Positions 40,331-54,047 of a stretch of DNA of 64,000 bases are shown in pieces; position 1 is the stretch's first letter; every line of letters begins with the position of its first letter. The stretch spans positions 23,188,001 to 23,252,000 of the forward strand of contig OX597816.1 in the NCBI GenBank assembly GCA_951406725.2, given 5' to 3'. This DNA is from Octopus vulgaris (lineage: Eukaryota). The notes beneath the pieces were generated by a model that was not told the origin of the DNA, did not search any database, and saw only the letters and a program-made list of their open reading frames with translations. A program made the translations under genes and the position numbers.

Positions 40331-40964
40331 GTACACAGGAGAGAAACAAGGTGAGAAAAAAGGAGAGTAAAAGAAAAATATATATATAGAGAGAGAGATA
40401 GAGATAATAGATAGATAGATTTATATGTATATATATATATATATAAATTAGAGAAGAACCACCATCTAGCAATTCAACAATGACATCACAATGATATAAT
40501 TAAATCATACTTGTCGCCTAGTATTACGTTATTAGCTTGATTAAGTAGATATATGATCAGATCTGTTCCAGAGAGGATAATATTTACTTGTTTCCTTGAC
40601 TTGGCGTGATTAGAATTGTATGGCATGTTGCAGTGAAGTTATGGTGCTGGCTTTCATGGCTATAATGTTGCCATTTTAATTCCTGGAACTGGTGCCGTAA
40701 TGTGTGCTTCAGCAGAGCTCTTTATTTCTGGTTGTTCCAACACACTAAGCTTTAATTAGATCCAGGTGTCCTCTCTGCCTCCAACTGACGCATAGTTGAT
40801 GTTCCACAGGGTGAAGAATAAGACCGATGAAGGGGATATCCATGTCTGCTAAAAATGAGATAGACATTAAAAACAATTTGTGAAAGCATAGGGCATAATA
40901 TCAAGCCATTGACACCTGAGGGAAAACAGCCAACTGTACTTATACTTATGCAATATAAATAACT

Positions 40965-41532
40965 GGTACTTCGTCGGTTACGACGATGAGTGTACCAGAC
41001 GATCAGACCAACAGAAAAACCTGTTCTGGGTTGGAAATTAACGTGCAAGTGGCCGAGCACTCCACAAACCTGCATAAGTTATTTCTTTATTGCCCACAAC
41101 GGGCTAAACAAAGAGGGGACAAACAAGGACACAGAAACGGATTAAGTCGATTACATCGGCCCCAGTGCGTAACAGGTACTTAATTTATCGACCCCGAAAG
41201 GATGAAAGGCAAAGTTGACCTCGGTGAAATTTGAACTCAGAACGTAACGGCAGACGAAATACCGCTAAGCATTTTGTCCGCCGTGCTAACGTTTCTGCCA
41301 GCTCGCATACCCTTAACGTAGTTCCCAGGGAGATTCAGTGTGACACAGAATGTGACAAGGCTAGCTCTTTGAAAGACAGGTACAACACATTTTAATCAGC
41401 TGATTGGTCTGGGCCAGTATGAAATAATGTGGCTTGCTCAAGGAGGTGAAGACACAACGCGCGTCCAGGAATCGAGCTCTCGAGTTTATGATCGTGATTC
41501 AAATACACTAACCAATCAGCCATACGCCTTCA
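40965..41532 (-). mobile_element. SINE with family C head and type 1 tail, interrupted by a family D SINE (41078-41306, minus strand)
   Basis: Tail matches 17560-17740; GCATA duplicated around the inserted family D copy. Confidence 0.75.
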
Positions 41533-41557
41533 CATATGTAATATATGTAATTCGTAA

Positions 41558-41785
41558 GAGCGGTGAGCTGGCAGAAACGTTAGCACGCCGGGCGAAATGC
41601 GTAGCCGTATTTCGTCTGCCGTTATGTTCTGAGTTCAAATTCCGCCGAGGTCGACTTTCCCTTCGGGGTCGATAAATTAAGTACCAGTTACGCACTGGGG
41701 TCGATGTAATCGACTTAATACCTATGTCTGTCCTTGTTTGTCCCCTCTGTGTTTAGCCCCTTGTGGGTAGTAAAGAAATAGGTAT
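41558..41785 (+). mobile_element. SINE family D
   Basis: Head GCGGTGAGCTGGCAGAAACGTTAGCACG; tail GTAAAGAAATAGGTA. Confidence 0.9.
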
Positions 41786-41827
41786 TTATTTTATCGGACC
41801 TGGAAGAATGAATGGCAAGAATTTGAA

Positions 41828-42049
41828 CAACGGCAGTAATTTTATTCATCTGAATACACGTCATTGATTGGTTGAAATTACCGAAACAGGATAACTTTAA
41901 CGTGAAATAACTTCGTAGTTATAATTTTTTCTCAAAAACGCTATGAGTAAAAGATGTTTTATATGACACATTCTACCAGTGTCTGAAGTTTGAAAGTGTT
42001 TAGTTCCAAAAAATTATTTTTTAAATCTGTCGGTCAAAAGGTAAAGATC
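41828..42049 (-). mobile_element. Terminal fragment of the element at 1248-1660
   Basis: Reverse-complement match ending GGTCAAAAGGTAAAGATC. Confidence 0.7.
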
Positions 42050-42396
42050 TGACAGTGCCTCATATATAAGCTTGTTTGCAAAAAAAAAAAAAAAAAAGGC
42101 GGGGGGACAAAATCTTAGAGGTAAACATTCATTATTTTTGTCTCGAGTCCTTGAACTCATGTGGCGGATTACTTGTTTTGCATGACGTATAAGTGACCGA
42201 GATTCCAGCATTATTCCTAAATGAAACCCCAGGGTCATTTACAGCTGATTTTGCTTACGAAAGCAACGCATCACCGAATCAGAAAATCAAAACAACGACC
42301 CTACGATGATGAGTGCAACATCCAAGCCGATAAGCCACTCGGCTTCGCGTTTGTTTACACGTTCCTGCTTTAGACGTATGGATCGAACGTTCATTG

Positions 42397-42788
42397 GTGG
42401 AGGCGCAATGGCCCAGTGGTTAGGGCAGCGGACTCGCGGTCGTAGGATCGCGGTTTCGATTCCCAGACCGGGCGTTGTTAGTGTTTATTGAGCGAAAACA
42501 CCTAAAGCTCCATGAGGCTCCGGCAGGGGATGGTGGTGATCCTTGCTGTACTCTTTCACCACAAATGTCTCTCACTCTTACTTCCTGTTTCTGTTGTACC
42601 TGTATTTCAAAGAGCCGGCCTTGTCACTCTCTGTGTCACGCTGAATATCCCCCGAGAACTACGTTAAGGGTACACGTATCTGTGGAATGCTCAGCCACTT
42701 ACACGTTGATTTCACGAGCAGGCTGTTCCGTTGATTCGGATCAACCGGAACCCTCGTCGTCGTAACCGACGGAGTGCTTCCATCCATC
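42397..42788 (+). mobile_element. SINE family B, tail type 1, full length
   Basis: A/B boxes; perfect 13-bp TSD CGAACGTTCATTG at 42384-42396 and 42789-42801. Confidence 0.92.
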
Positions 42789-43301
42789 CGAACGTTCATT
42801 GACAGATGTAATCTACTGGATGAGACATATAAAGCTATACTATAAACACTCCTCGGCTGTCAAGCAACGACGACGCACTACCATAAATAAATAGACCAAA
42901 ATCCTCATTAACGAACTGCAAAGCTAAATAAACAAAACAGAAGCCAAAAGACACTCAATAGTGAGTTGCTTTGAAATTAGTTTCCATTCAAATCAATCTG
43001 TTCAGCTATCAGATATTTTATTCCTTTGTAAAATTTTCACTCTCTCATTTGTTCTTTTGTTATTGTTGTTGTTATTGTTGTTATTGTTGTTATTGTTTTT
43101 AATCAAGTTGTTCTCGTTCGCCTTCTTTCTTTTAATTGTTTTTTTTTCTCTTTTTGTCTTTTTCTTTAATTTATTAATTGTCATTTTTGCGACGAACATT
43201 ATTGTAGTCAATTATTGATTGTATTACGATTCACTTCCAAATTACAGAAAAACAGAACAACATAGATATGCATACATACATATATACATACATACATAAA
43301 T

Positions 43302-43369
<68 letters not shown>

Positions 43370-43371
43370 GC

Positions 43372-43413
<42 letters not shown>

Positions 43414-43490
43414 AGATAGAGAGATAGATAGAGCATATATATATAGATATGCATATATACATACATATGTATATATATGTATGTATATAT

Positions 43491-43521
<31 letters not shown>

Positions 43522-44157
43522 CATACACATGCATATATATACATACACATGCATATATATACATACACACAGGCATATATATACACAAATGCAAACATAC
43601 ATATATATATATACATATACACAAGCATATATGAATATATATACATATATAAATACACAGACATACTCATGTATAGGTTCACTTCCAAAACAGAGCACTA
43701 TATATATGTGTGTGTTTGTGTGTGTATGTATATGTGTGCATATATATGTGTGTGTGTGTATGTATATGTGTGTGTGTGTGTATATATATGTGTCTGTGTG
43801 TGTCGGTGTGTATGTGTGTATACGTAATTAGACGAATAGGAAACGAAGTCCTCATCACTTAAACAGTCGTCTTCTTTTAATTGCTTAATCTGTATAGGTA
43901 TCACGTTTTTATTCGCATCTGGAGTATTGGAACAATGAAGACTATGTCTCTAATGAGGATTTTTCTTCTTTCTTGTATTAATTTCTTCGGTTAGTAATTC
44001 TTTTCTGTTGGAGTGAGGAGGGGGGGGGCAAAGATATTTATTTATTTGTTGACTTATTTGCGTGTTTGTTTATGAATTTTATGAAAGGTTCATTGTTCTG
44101 TAGTGTTATTTTGATATTCTTAATTACCTCTCAAGCATTTCTATGTATAGGTATATG

Positions 44158-44209
<52 letters not shown>

Positions 44210-44385
44210 GTATATAATTAATGTATATAATTATATACCAGCCATCTATGCTCATAGCTTTACATATATTCATATATATATATATCCTACATATATATAC
44301 GTATGTGTATGTGTATTTATTTATTATATATATATATGAAGTATGTACATGTATATATACTTATGCGTTCGTATATATATGTGTG

Positions 44386-44480
<95 letters not shown>

Positions 44481-44823
44481 GTAAGGGAAATTATAGAAGG
44501 AACATATCCCGGCAATCAATATAAAATTCAAAGCATAATTTAAAACACGCAATGAAATCAATATACATATAAATTTATAAATCATTGAACAAAATGACGT
44601 GTAAAAGTCAAGTGTGAAAACTATGTATGGTGTACGTTGGATTCAGACACCGAATGGAAGAGTGACAAATAAAGAGATAAAAATTTGAAAGGGCTTCCAA
44701 AAGGAACTGTTCGAAATCGATTAAGAATTTGATGTTTATACGAAATATCGGGCGAGAGTTCAAAATTCAGAGATAGGCGCAGGAGTGGCTGTGTGGTAAG
44801 TAGCTTGCTTACCAACCACATGG

Positions 44824-45368
44824 TATAGCTTTCTTTTTCTTTTTTTTTTTGTTACTGGAAAGCTCTCATGAGAAATTTATTATGATATTTCTTAATTTTA
44901 TGCAGAATTTCATACTGATAAAATGTTTCAGTACATTTTATTCCTTCTTTTTTTTTCATTTTTTTTATTCACAAATCTTCAGGATTTTAAAAGCACATAT
45001 AAACCTATATACGTCAACTGTACTCACGTAGATAAACTGGAGTTACCACGTAATAATATTGGTGTGAAAAGAAATAATTGCGTGTGGCTGTATTTCATCC
45101 AGTATTCTTCCCTCCAAAATGTAAAATGTATACACGGTAGAATTTATTAAGAGAAACAAAACGGTGCACCAGATTTAAAAAAGTATGCATATATATAGGT
45201 GTAGGAGTGGCTGTGTGGTATGTAGCTTGCTTACCAACCACATGGTTCCGGGTTCAGTCCCACTGCGTGGCATCTTGGGCAAGTGTCTTCTGCTATAGCC
45301 CCGGGCCTACCAATGCCTTGTGAGTGGATTTGGTAGACGGAAACTGAAAGAAGCCTGTCGTATATATG

Positions 45369-45401
<33 letters not shown>

Positions 45402-45627
45402 TTGTGTGCCTGCGTTTGCTCCCCCCCCCCCCACCTAGCATTGCTTGACAACCGATGCTGGTGTGTTTACGTCCCCGTCACTTAGCGGTTCGGCAAAAAG
45501 AGACCGATAGAATAAGTACTGGACTTACGAAGAATAAGTCCCCGGGGGTCGATTTGCTCGACTAAAGGCGGTGCTCCAGCATGGCCGCTGTCAAATGACT
45601 GAAACAAGTAAAAGAGTAAAAAAGAGT
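44824..45627 (+). repeat. Left arm of an ~800-bp inverted duplication (non-SINE 375 bp plus SINE A at 45198-45627)
   Basis: Reverse complement of 55991-56814; preceded by a truncated SINE A head at 44776-44824. Confidence 0.9.
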
Positions 45628-45777
45628 ATAACTAGGTAGATAAATAGGAACCCCTTACCATGAATGTTTATCTATTTATTTGTCACTCCTCCATTCGTTA
45701 CCTGAACCCAACGTTCATGATGCATAGTTTTCACGTATGCCTTTTACATGTAATTTTGTTCACTGATTTATATTCAC

Positions 45778-46320
45778 CCCAGAGAGCACTCACTAAACGA
45801 ATTGAAGGCATGGCTGCTCTCGATTATTGGGATCGCCTTAAAGCCTTGAAACTCTACTCTCTCCAGCGTCGCCGTGAGTGGTACATCATTTGTACAATGT
45901 GGAGAATATACCGCCAACTTTGCCCAAACGACCTGAACATAAGCTTCAAGGTTCATCCAAGACTGGGACCACGAGCCATACGTCCCCTGCCCAATTCAAG
46001 ATCACAGCATACATGTACACTGCAACATAATTTCTTTTCCTCAACAGGCCCTGCCCTATTTAACATTGTCCCGAAAGAGATCAAAGAGGAACAGGATCCC
46101 ATCAACTTTAAACGGAGTCTGGATAGATTCCTTCAAAGAATACCAGATAAGCCACCCATAATTGGATACAACTCACCCAACAAAAACTCACTACTTGAAT
46201 GGACCATAAGCAAAACTTGACTTAAACAGGATTCGAATAATCCTATCGGGTGGTGCTATTAAGTTAGACATGGCCTGGACCAATCATTGGTCGAAACATA
46301 TCTAAGTTTATCTAAGTTTA
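45778..46320 (+). mobile_element. CR1/L2-like LINE 3' end
   Basis: ORF 45660-46220 QRALTKRIEGM..DYWDRLKALKLYSLQRRRE..GPALFN..FKRSLDRFL; TATCTAAGTT repeat tail. Confidence 0.9.
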
Positions 46321-46692
46321 TATGTATATTTATTTTATTGAGTTTTTTAAATCATGCTTTGGAATTTCTACTGATTGCCTGGATTTGTTCCTTCTATAAT
46401 TTCCCTTATCCTTCGGTTTAGCTTGCAATGGGCACTTATTAATACAGTCCATATATTGTGAAGTATACTTAAAAACATACTTTATAAGAAAATTATATAT
46501 ATATATATATTATATTAAATTAGAGATAAAACCACTATTAGGCAAATCAAATAGTGAAAATCATAAGCCAATACATAGAAATAAAATTAATTAAAAAATA
46601 TAAAATATAAAATATAAAAATCCAATTAAAATATTTAAATTAAAGTTAAATTTTTTTTTAATTATTTAAATTAATAAATTAAACTATAAATT

Positions 46693-46743
<51 letters not shown>

Positions 46744-46787
46744 TTTTTAAACTATCAAAAAGTATTAAAAGTTTAATATAAGTTATA

Positions 46788-46826
<39 letters not shown>

Positions 46827-46828
<2 letters not shown>

Positions 46829-47545
46829 CTGTAGCTTCAGCTCAGAGCTGCGGCCATGCTGATGCACCGCCGTTTTAACACTGTTATTACTGAGAGCCTC
46901 CTCCAATGGGAGAATATTAAGAAGTTGTGGGCCCTTGAAACCCAGGCTGTAGTAACTGTAGTAACTGGTCCTGAAGCGCGATGGTGTTGTTGGGATCATT
47001 GGCACTATGCAGTGTCGACCTGTTCTGACATTGGTATAGCTTTCAATGCCAAAATTTGGCACAATTCCTTCCAGGATCTTCCAGATGAATATTACTGAAT
47101 ACCTCTCCCGCCTTCGCTCCAGAGAGTAGAGTCTTAGCTGTTTCAGCCTCTCCCAGTAGCTGAGCTGTTGCAACGAAGCGATCTTCTTTGTGAAGCTTCG
47201 CTGGATTGCTTCAAGGCCCGCTGTTAATTTCACACTGTTGGTTGACCACAGCTGGGAGCAGTAATCCAAGCAGCTGAGGGCGAATGTGCTCCAGAGGACC
47301 ATCATGGTTTCCTTTTCTCTGGTTCTGAATGATCTCAGGATTCATCCAGCCAGTCGACTGCTCTTTGTCGCCAGGGCTTGGAATTCGTCAGCATTAAATT
47401 GCATATTATTGCCCTCAGCCAATCTGTAAAATGAATCCAATTCCTGCTGCAGGTGTGCAACATCGCTGGAGTTATATATTTTCTGCGAGACTTTCGTATC
47501 GTCTGCGTAGTCAGCAAAGCTGGCTATCTGGGCAGTTGAGTGCAT
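46827..47545 (-). mobile_element. CR1/L2-like LINE fragment with RT motif and internal deletions
   Basis: YADDTKV (ORF 47342-47587) and LDYCSQLWS..LSYWERLKQLRLYSLERRRERY (ORF 46679-47305). Confidence 0.9.
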
Positions 47546-47559
47546 ATGTATGTATATAT

Positions 47560-48856
47560 AAAGCCCCAAAATGGAACAACAACGCAAAAGACGACAATAA
47601 AACGCCCAGACGGATAGACGATAAAAAGACGGACAGGAAAAAAATCAAGGACGGGTCATTCGCAGCAGTGTCTCATCAGTCAAGTTTCCAGATTCTCATT
47701 ACAGTTTCTGCCGGTTACACTTGAGACTGCTCAAATCTGGCTGGCCTCAAACATCTAAGCTAGGAGCATTAAATTTTTTGGGGAAAAGCAAGCGAATCTG
47801 TACGACAACAAAGACAAAACAAAAAAAAAACGGAGAAAGTGTTACATAATTACAAATACAAATAATAAGAAAATAACAATAGATTTCGATCAAGAAAGAC
47901 GAATTAAGTCGAGCTAGCGTGTATAGAGTGAAAGCCGTGAGGTAGGAACATAGGAAGGAGATGAACATAGATGAAAGTCATGAGACACCGGTCACGTGGA
48001 AGGAAAAGGGAGTGGTAGGGGCAGAGAAATTGCAGAATTAGGGGAAGAACGAGAAAGTGAGAAAGTCGAATGGACATAGAGAAAGGTATAAGGGAGATAA
48101 ACGAGTAGAGAAAATATGGAGATTAAAGAAAGAAGGCCAAGAAATGTGAGGGGGAGAGAAAAAGAAAAGAGGGAAGAAAGAAGAAAGTATGAGGGCGGAC
48201 TAAAAGAAAGAGTAAAAGAGTCATACGGAATTTATATACATACAAGGTGAGCAAAAGTGTACTGCGCCGCTATATACTCTTTACTCTTTTACTTGTTTCA
48301 GTCATTTGACTGCGGCCATGCTGGAGCACCGCCTTTAGTCGAGCAACTCGACCCCGGGACTTATTCTTTTTGTAAGCCCAGTACTTATTCTATCGGGCTC
48401 TTTTTGCCGAACCGCTAAGTGACGGGGACGTAAACACACCAGCATCGGTTGTCAAGCAATGCTAGGGAGACAAACACAGACACACAAACACACACACACA
48501 CACATACATATATATATACATATATACGACAGGCTTCTTTCAGTTTCCGTCTACCAAATCCACTCACAAGACATTGGTCGGCCCGGGGCTATAGCAGAAT
48601 ACACTTGCCCAAGATGCCACGCAGTGGGACTGAACCCAGAACCATGTGGTTGGTTAGCAAGCTACTTACCACACAGCCACTCCTGCGCCTATGTATATAT
48701 AAATCCCCAAAATGGGACAGGAAAGCAAAAGACAACGATAAACAGCCGGAAAGGAAAACCAATAAAACGACGGACAGGAAAAAACAAGGACGTGTCATTC
48801 GCAGCAATCTTTCATCAGCCAAGTTTCCAGACTCTCATTACAGTTTCCGCCAAGCA
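47560..48856 (-). mobile_element. Two directly oriented copies (47560-47800, 48700-48856) of a probable Penelope-like terminal repeat
   Basis: Shared GTCATTCGCAGCA..TCATCAG.CAAGTTTCCAGA.TCTCATTACAGTTTC; TA-anchored ends. Confidence 0.5.
48275..48689 (-). mobile_element. SINE family A, full length
   Basis: Complete head GGCGCAGGAGTGG and tail on the minus strand. Confidence 0.9.
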
Positions 48857-48998
48857 ACCAAAAATTTTAACGTATATTCTATACATCTTTATTTCTTAAT
48901 TTCAAATTGCGCTAAATATCATGAAGATATTATCTCTCTTGTATTATCAATCTGCTAGGGGACTCTGTGTGTGTGTGTATGTGTGTGTGTGTGTGTCT

Positions 48999-49063
<65 letters not shown>

Positions 49064-49699
49064 TGTCCATGTACGTTCCGTGTGTGTGCATGTACGTTCC
49101 ATGTATGTTCCGTGTGTGTGTCCATGTACGTAGAGTCCATATTGAGAATTTTGCATTTTACATGATAAAAATAACAATTTTTATTCTCATGTTAAAAGCA
49201 TTGATTGGTTAAACTTAAAGGAAAACGAAAATTCCTTTTCTGAATTTTACGAAAATATTACTGAATTGAAACATAACTAATGACACACAGAGCTCAGAAA
49301 ATGATGATAATATGTACAAAGCTGATAAAATGTCCAGACTTCAGTGTAACACGCCTGTAGTCTTTATGCATTTGCTGAGAAGCTAAAATATAACGTTAAA
49401 TGATTTACATAACCACAAATACACAACAGGCAACCCAATTCACAGTTTTACAACTGCACAACATACACATCAGTACCAGAAACCTACAAAATTTCCAGAA
49501 GTTTCAATAAAAGTATATTTTTGTGTAGAAAAATATAATTATAATGATTCAAATGTTTAAGGATCTTTTGTTTTTCTATCTTTGTACCGTATCCGTAGTT
49601 TTTCATTTGGGTCCAAATTGCAATCACGAACAGAGTGGATGCTTATGTGCATTAAGGTAAATGATATATACTCTGGGATTATGGTATTCTACATGCCTA

Positions 49700-50073
49700 A
49701 TATTTTGTCTGCCGCTACATTCTGAGTTCAAACTCCGCCGAGATCAACTTTGCCTTTCATCCTTTCGGGGTCGATTAAATAAGTACCAGTTACGCACTGG
49801 GGTCGATATAATCGACTTGATCCGTTTGTCTGTCCTTGTTTGTCCACTCTGTGTTTAGCCCCTTGTGGGTAGTAAAGAAATAGGTATTTCGTCTGCCGCT
49901 ACGTTCTGAGTTCAAATTCTGTCACGGTCAACTTTGCCTTTCATCCTTTCGGGGTCGATAAATTAAGTACCAGTTACGCACTGGGGGTCGATATAATCGA
50001 CTTAATCCGTTTGTCTGTCCTTGTTTGTCCCCTCTTGTGTTTAGCCCCTTGTAGGTAGTAAAGAAATAGGTAT
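49700..50073 (+). mobile_element. SINE family D, two tandem bodies without head
   Basis: Junction GAAATAGGTATTTCGTCTGCC at about 49877. Confidence 0.9.
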
Positions 50074-50732
50074 TCTTGATGCCTGTGAGGTGATTGTTAT
50101 TACACGATAGTGAGCCCGTTGATAATGTTGTTTCAGAAAGGTTGAAAAAGAAAAAAGTAGTAAGAAAAAACTACAAAAGGTTGTAGAGAGGTTGATCTAA
50201 TCACATTGATGTTTGAGATTACACTAAGTTTGAGTAGATGTTATTTAGACTGAAAGAGCAACAGTAGAGAAAAATATATGATAAATAGAATGAAGGGCTG
50301 AATTATGATAATACGAACAGTTTTATCAATGATAAGCTAAAGGTATGTAGCGATAAGACTACCAAATGACATATTGATGGCAATTATATAAAGGGATGGA
50401 TGCTGCCGAGATAAGAGACGGGAGCTATAAGGACACTGTACAATAAGATAAAAAATAAATAGATGAAAGGATAGGGTTTGGAGATAACCGCTCTAATAGT
50501 GTAATACTGAGTGGTGTGAGAAAGAAAAAATATCGGAAAAATAATAAATAGATATATGAATAAATAAATATAAATATAAATAAAATAGTATAAATGACCA
50601 TATTCTTTGAACAGATATTGACATTACGGTAATATTTCATGAAGAGTGATATACCATTATGTAGATTTAAAAAAATACTAAACTCTTGTTAAATATTGCA
50701 AGGTTGATATTGTAAAGGTCCAGCGCCAATAG

Positions 50733-50802
<70 letters not shown>

Positions 50803-51076
50803 GTGGAGGCGCAATGGCCCAATGGTTAGGGCAGAGGACTCGCGGTCGGAGGATCGCTGTTTCGATTCCCAGACCGAGCGTTGAGTGTGTTTATTGAGCG
50901 AAAACACCTAAAAGCTCCACGAGCCTTCGCCACAACTTTCTCTCACTCTCTCTTCCTGTTTCTTGAGTAACGCTGCGATGGACTGGCGTCCCGTCCAGCT
51001 GCGGGGAACACATACGCCACAGAGACCGGGAAAGCGGGTCCATGAGCCTAGCTAGGCTTGAAAAGGGCGACGTTTA
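50803..51076 (+). mobile_element. SINE family B, tail type 3, inserted in (CTAT)n
   Basis: Family B head plus family C tail. Confidence 0.85.
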
Positions 51077-51088
51077 TGGTTTTATCTG

Positions 51089-51166
<78 letters not shown>

Positions 51167-51556
51167 CCTGTCTGAGCGTCCGTCTGTCTAAAGTTGCTTC
51201 CATTATATATGATAAGGTTACTCACTCCTGTTGTTGCATAGAACAACTGTGTTGACCACAGCATAGCAGTAGAAACTATAAAGTTTCATCCTGATCACAA
51301 CAATGCAGTACAAACTATAAAAATTAGCTAGATCACGATTATACAGGATAAAGAGGACAACATACATTTCGTGACACGATCTGTATTGTAAGGACGATGG
51401 CATGTATTTCATGATCATAACTATATTGTAAAGCCCTATCATATCTAACTTGTGTATCTATATATTCATCCAGTGCAAACTAAATCGTAAACCGCATGAT
51501 AAATAAAGAGTATTTATAACTTTTCGTGTATTTCTCTTCACGTATTGTAGCTGTAT

Positions 51557-51772
51557 TCTTTTCGCTTTTACTTGTTTCAGTCATTTGACTGCGGCCATGC
51601 TGGAGCACCAACTTTAGTCGAGCAAATCGACCCCAGAACCTATTCTTTGTAAGCCTAGTACTTATTCTAAAGGTTTCTTTTGCCGAACCGCTATGTTACG
51701 GGAACATAAACACACCAGCATCGGTTCTCAAGCGATATTGGGGGGACAAACACAGACACATAAACATACACA

Positions 51773-51815
<43 letters not shown>

Positions 51816-51826
51816 GCATACATACA

Positions 51827-51871
<45 letters not shown>

Positions 51872-52032
51872 GAAGGGCTTCTTTCAGTTTCCGTCTACCA
51901 AATCCACTCAAAAAGCTTTGGTCTGCCCGGTACTATAGTAGAAGACACTTGCCCAAGGTGCCACGCAGTGGGACTGAACCCGATACCATGTGGTTGGTAA
52001 GCAAGCTACTTACCACACAACCACCCCTACGC
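51557..52032 (-). mobile_element. SINE family A, full length
   Basis: Reverse-complement match to other family A copies. Confidence 0.9.
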
Positions 52033-52162
52033 TTATATCTCTGCAGGCACATGACGATAGAGTGAGGTCGTTCTCCTATGTCTTCCTAAAACATGGTTCA
52101 GGAAGAAACCGCGATCCTCCGACATATACATATATATACACACATATATATATATATGTATG

Positions 52163-52212
<50 letters not shown>

Positions 52213-52547
52213 TAATATATATATATATATTATATATGTATGCATATATATGTATGTATGTATGTATATATACGCGTGTGTGTGTGTGTGTGTGTGTGTG
52301 CATGTATGTACGTGTGTACATATGCATGCACGGAGCGGTATCCCACACGGTTTCCCTTGATTAAACTACCTCTTAAGGCAGTGGTCGACCTCAGGCTGCA
52401 AAAGAATACCTTCCGCTTATTTTGCCTGTCCTTTATTACAACTGAACTTAAGCACATGGCTGAGGGCGGACTTGTTAACCACACAGTAATTCTTGCAACT
52501 CTACGTAAATACTTTCATTCGTGTTAGTGTTAGTATAATTTAGAAAA

Positions 52548-52656
52548 TCTTTATATATAAAAGAAAGGTTGCTAGAAAGCCTCCATGAAGTGAAACCAAG
52601 TAGCAACACCAAATGGCGGTGCCCCAGCATGGCCACAGCTCATAAGCTGAAACTAG

Positions 52657-52698
<42 letters not shown>

Positions 52699-53053
52699 GT
52701 CTGTCTACTCCGATTTAGATTCCTAACTACTCCCACATTTTGCGGTGCAGTTTAACCAAAACCGGCTATCTTATAGTCGTGATTCATACCAAGCCCTTCT
52801 GGGCATTAGCGCGCGTCTATGATGAGTCTACGATTTTAAAAATAATTTACCATCATTTTTTTCCATTTTAATGCATATTTTTTTTAATATAAGGGAAGTA
52901 ACTCTCTAAAAATGTCTACGATGAGTCAACGATTTAAAAAAAAATTACCATAATTTTTTTTCCATTTTAATGCATTTTTTGGCTATAACTCTCTAAAAAT
53001 GCTTTATAGTTATTTCCCTTACAAACCCGAGCAACGCCGGGCGATACTGCTAG
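52548..53053 (+). mobile_element. Non-autonomous Helitron with nested LINE 3' stub (~52572-52697)
   Basis: A|TC..CTAG|T termini; subterminal hairpin CCCGAGCAACGCCGGG at 53026-53041; stub ends GGCGGTGCCCCAGCATGGCC..(AATC)n. Confidence 0.7.
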
Positions 53054-53593
53054 TAGTTTATAAATGACAATATTAGAAACACTTTACATTTCGTGAAAGG
53101 GATATATGATAGGAACATCTGCTTAGTTTCTATGATGCGTAGCATCTTTAATGAACAGTTAAAAGGTTTGACACTTGACAATAGTTGAGAACAGTGCAGT
53201 TCTCACCTACTCTGCTTTTAGCCTTTCACTTCGTATGGTTGAGACATTTCAATAGTTGAGACATTTCAGTCATCATAATGCTATTTACATTCGTTCATAT
53301 ACTCATATTAAGACAGGAGTTATTACAAGTATCACTTTCTATGGTTAACATGTATGTATATATAAATATATATATGTGTGTGTGGGTTAGATCGCTTTTG
53401 AGTGCTACGAGGTAGAATATTCATTTTCTAATCCATTGATATACATACATATATAAATACATATACATATACATGTACACAGACAGACACACATACAGAC
53501 ACACGCACACGCGCATATATATGTGTATATCTATCTATCTGTCTTTCATATATCTATCTATCTTTCTCAGTGTGTGTGTATATATATTATACA

Positions 53594-53657
<64 letters not shown>

Positions 53658-53976
53658 TAATATATATATGTTTATATTTATATTACGTATATTATATAGT
53701 ATATATATAATATATATTATATAAATGAGAGAATAGCTGCTTATTCCATTAGTTGAGAGATCCTTTGTTATACAAGGTAGTTACATAATCGGTGCTACAC
53801 CATTCGTCTCACATATGAAGATAATTCATACATACATACAGACATAAATACACACATACGCATACATACAAACATATATATGTATATATATATATATAAA
53901 TGCACGTACATATACATTTATATATGTACGTATGTATATATGCATATACACGTACATATATTTATGAATGTTTGTA

Positions 53977-54047
<71 letters not shown>

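Noticed and set aside
42397-42475. tRNA gene-like sequence (also heads of SINE families A-C)
   Set aside because: Continues into a SINE body with TSDs; no complete acceptor stem; SINE heads rather than tRNA genes
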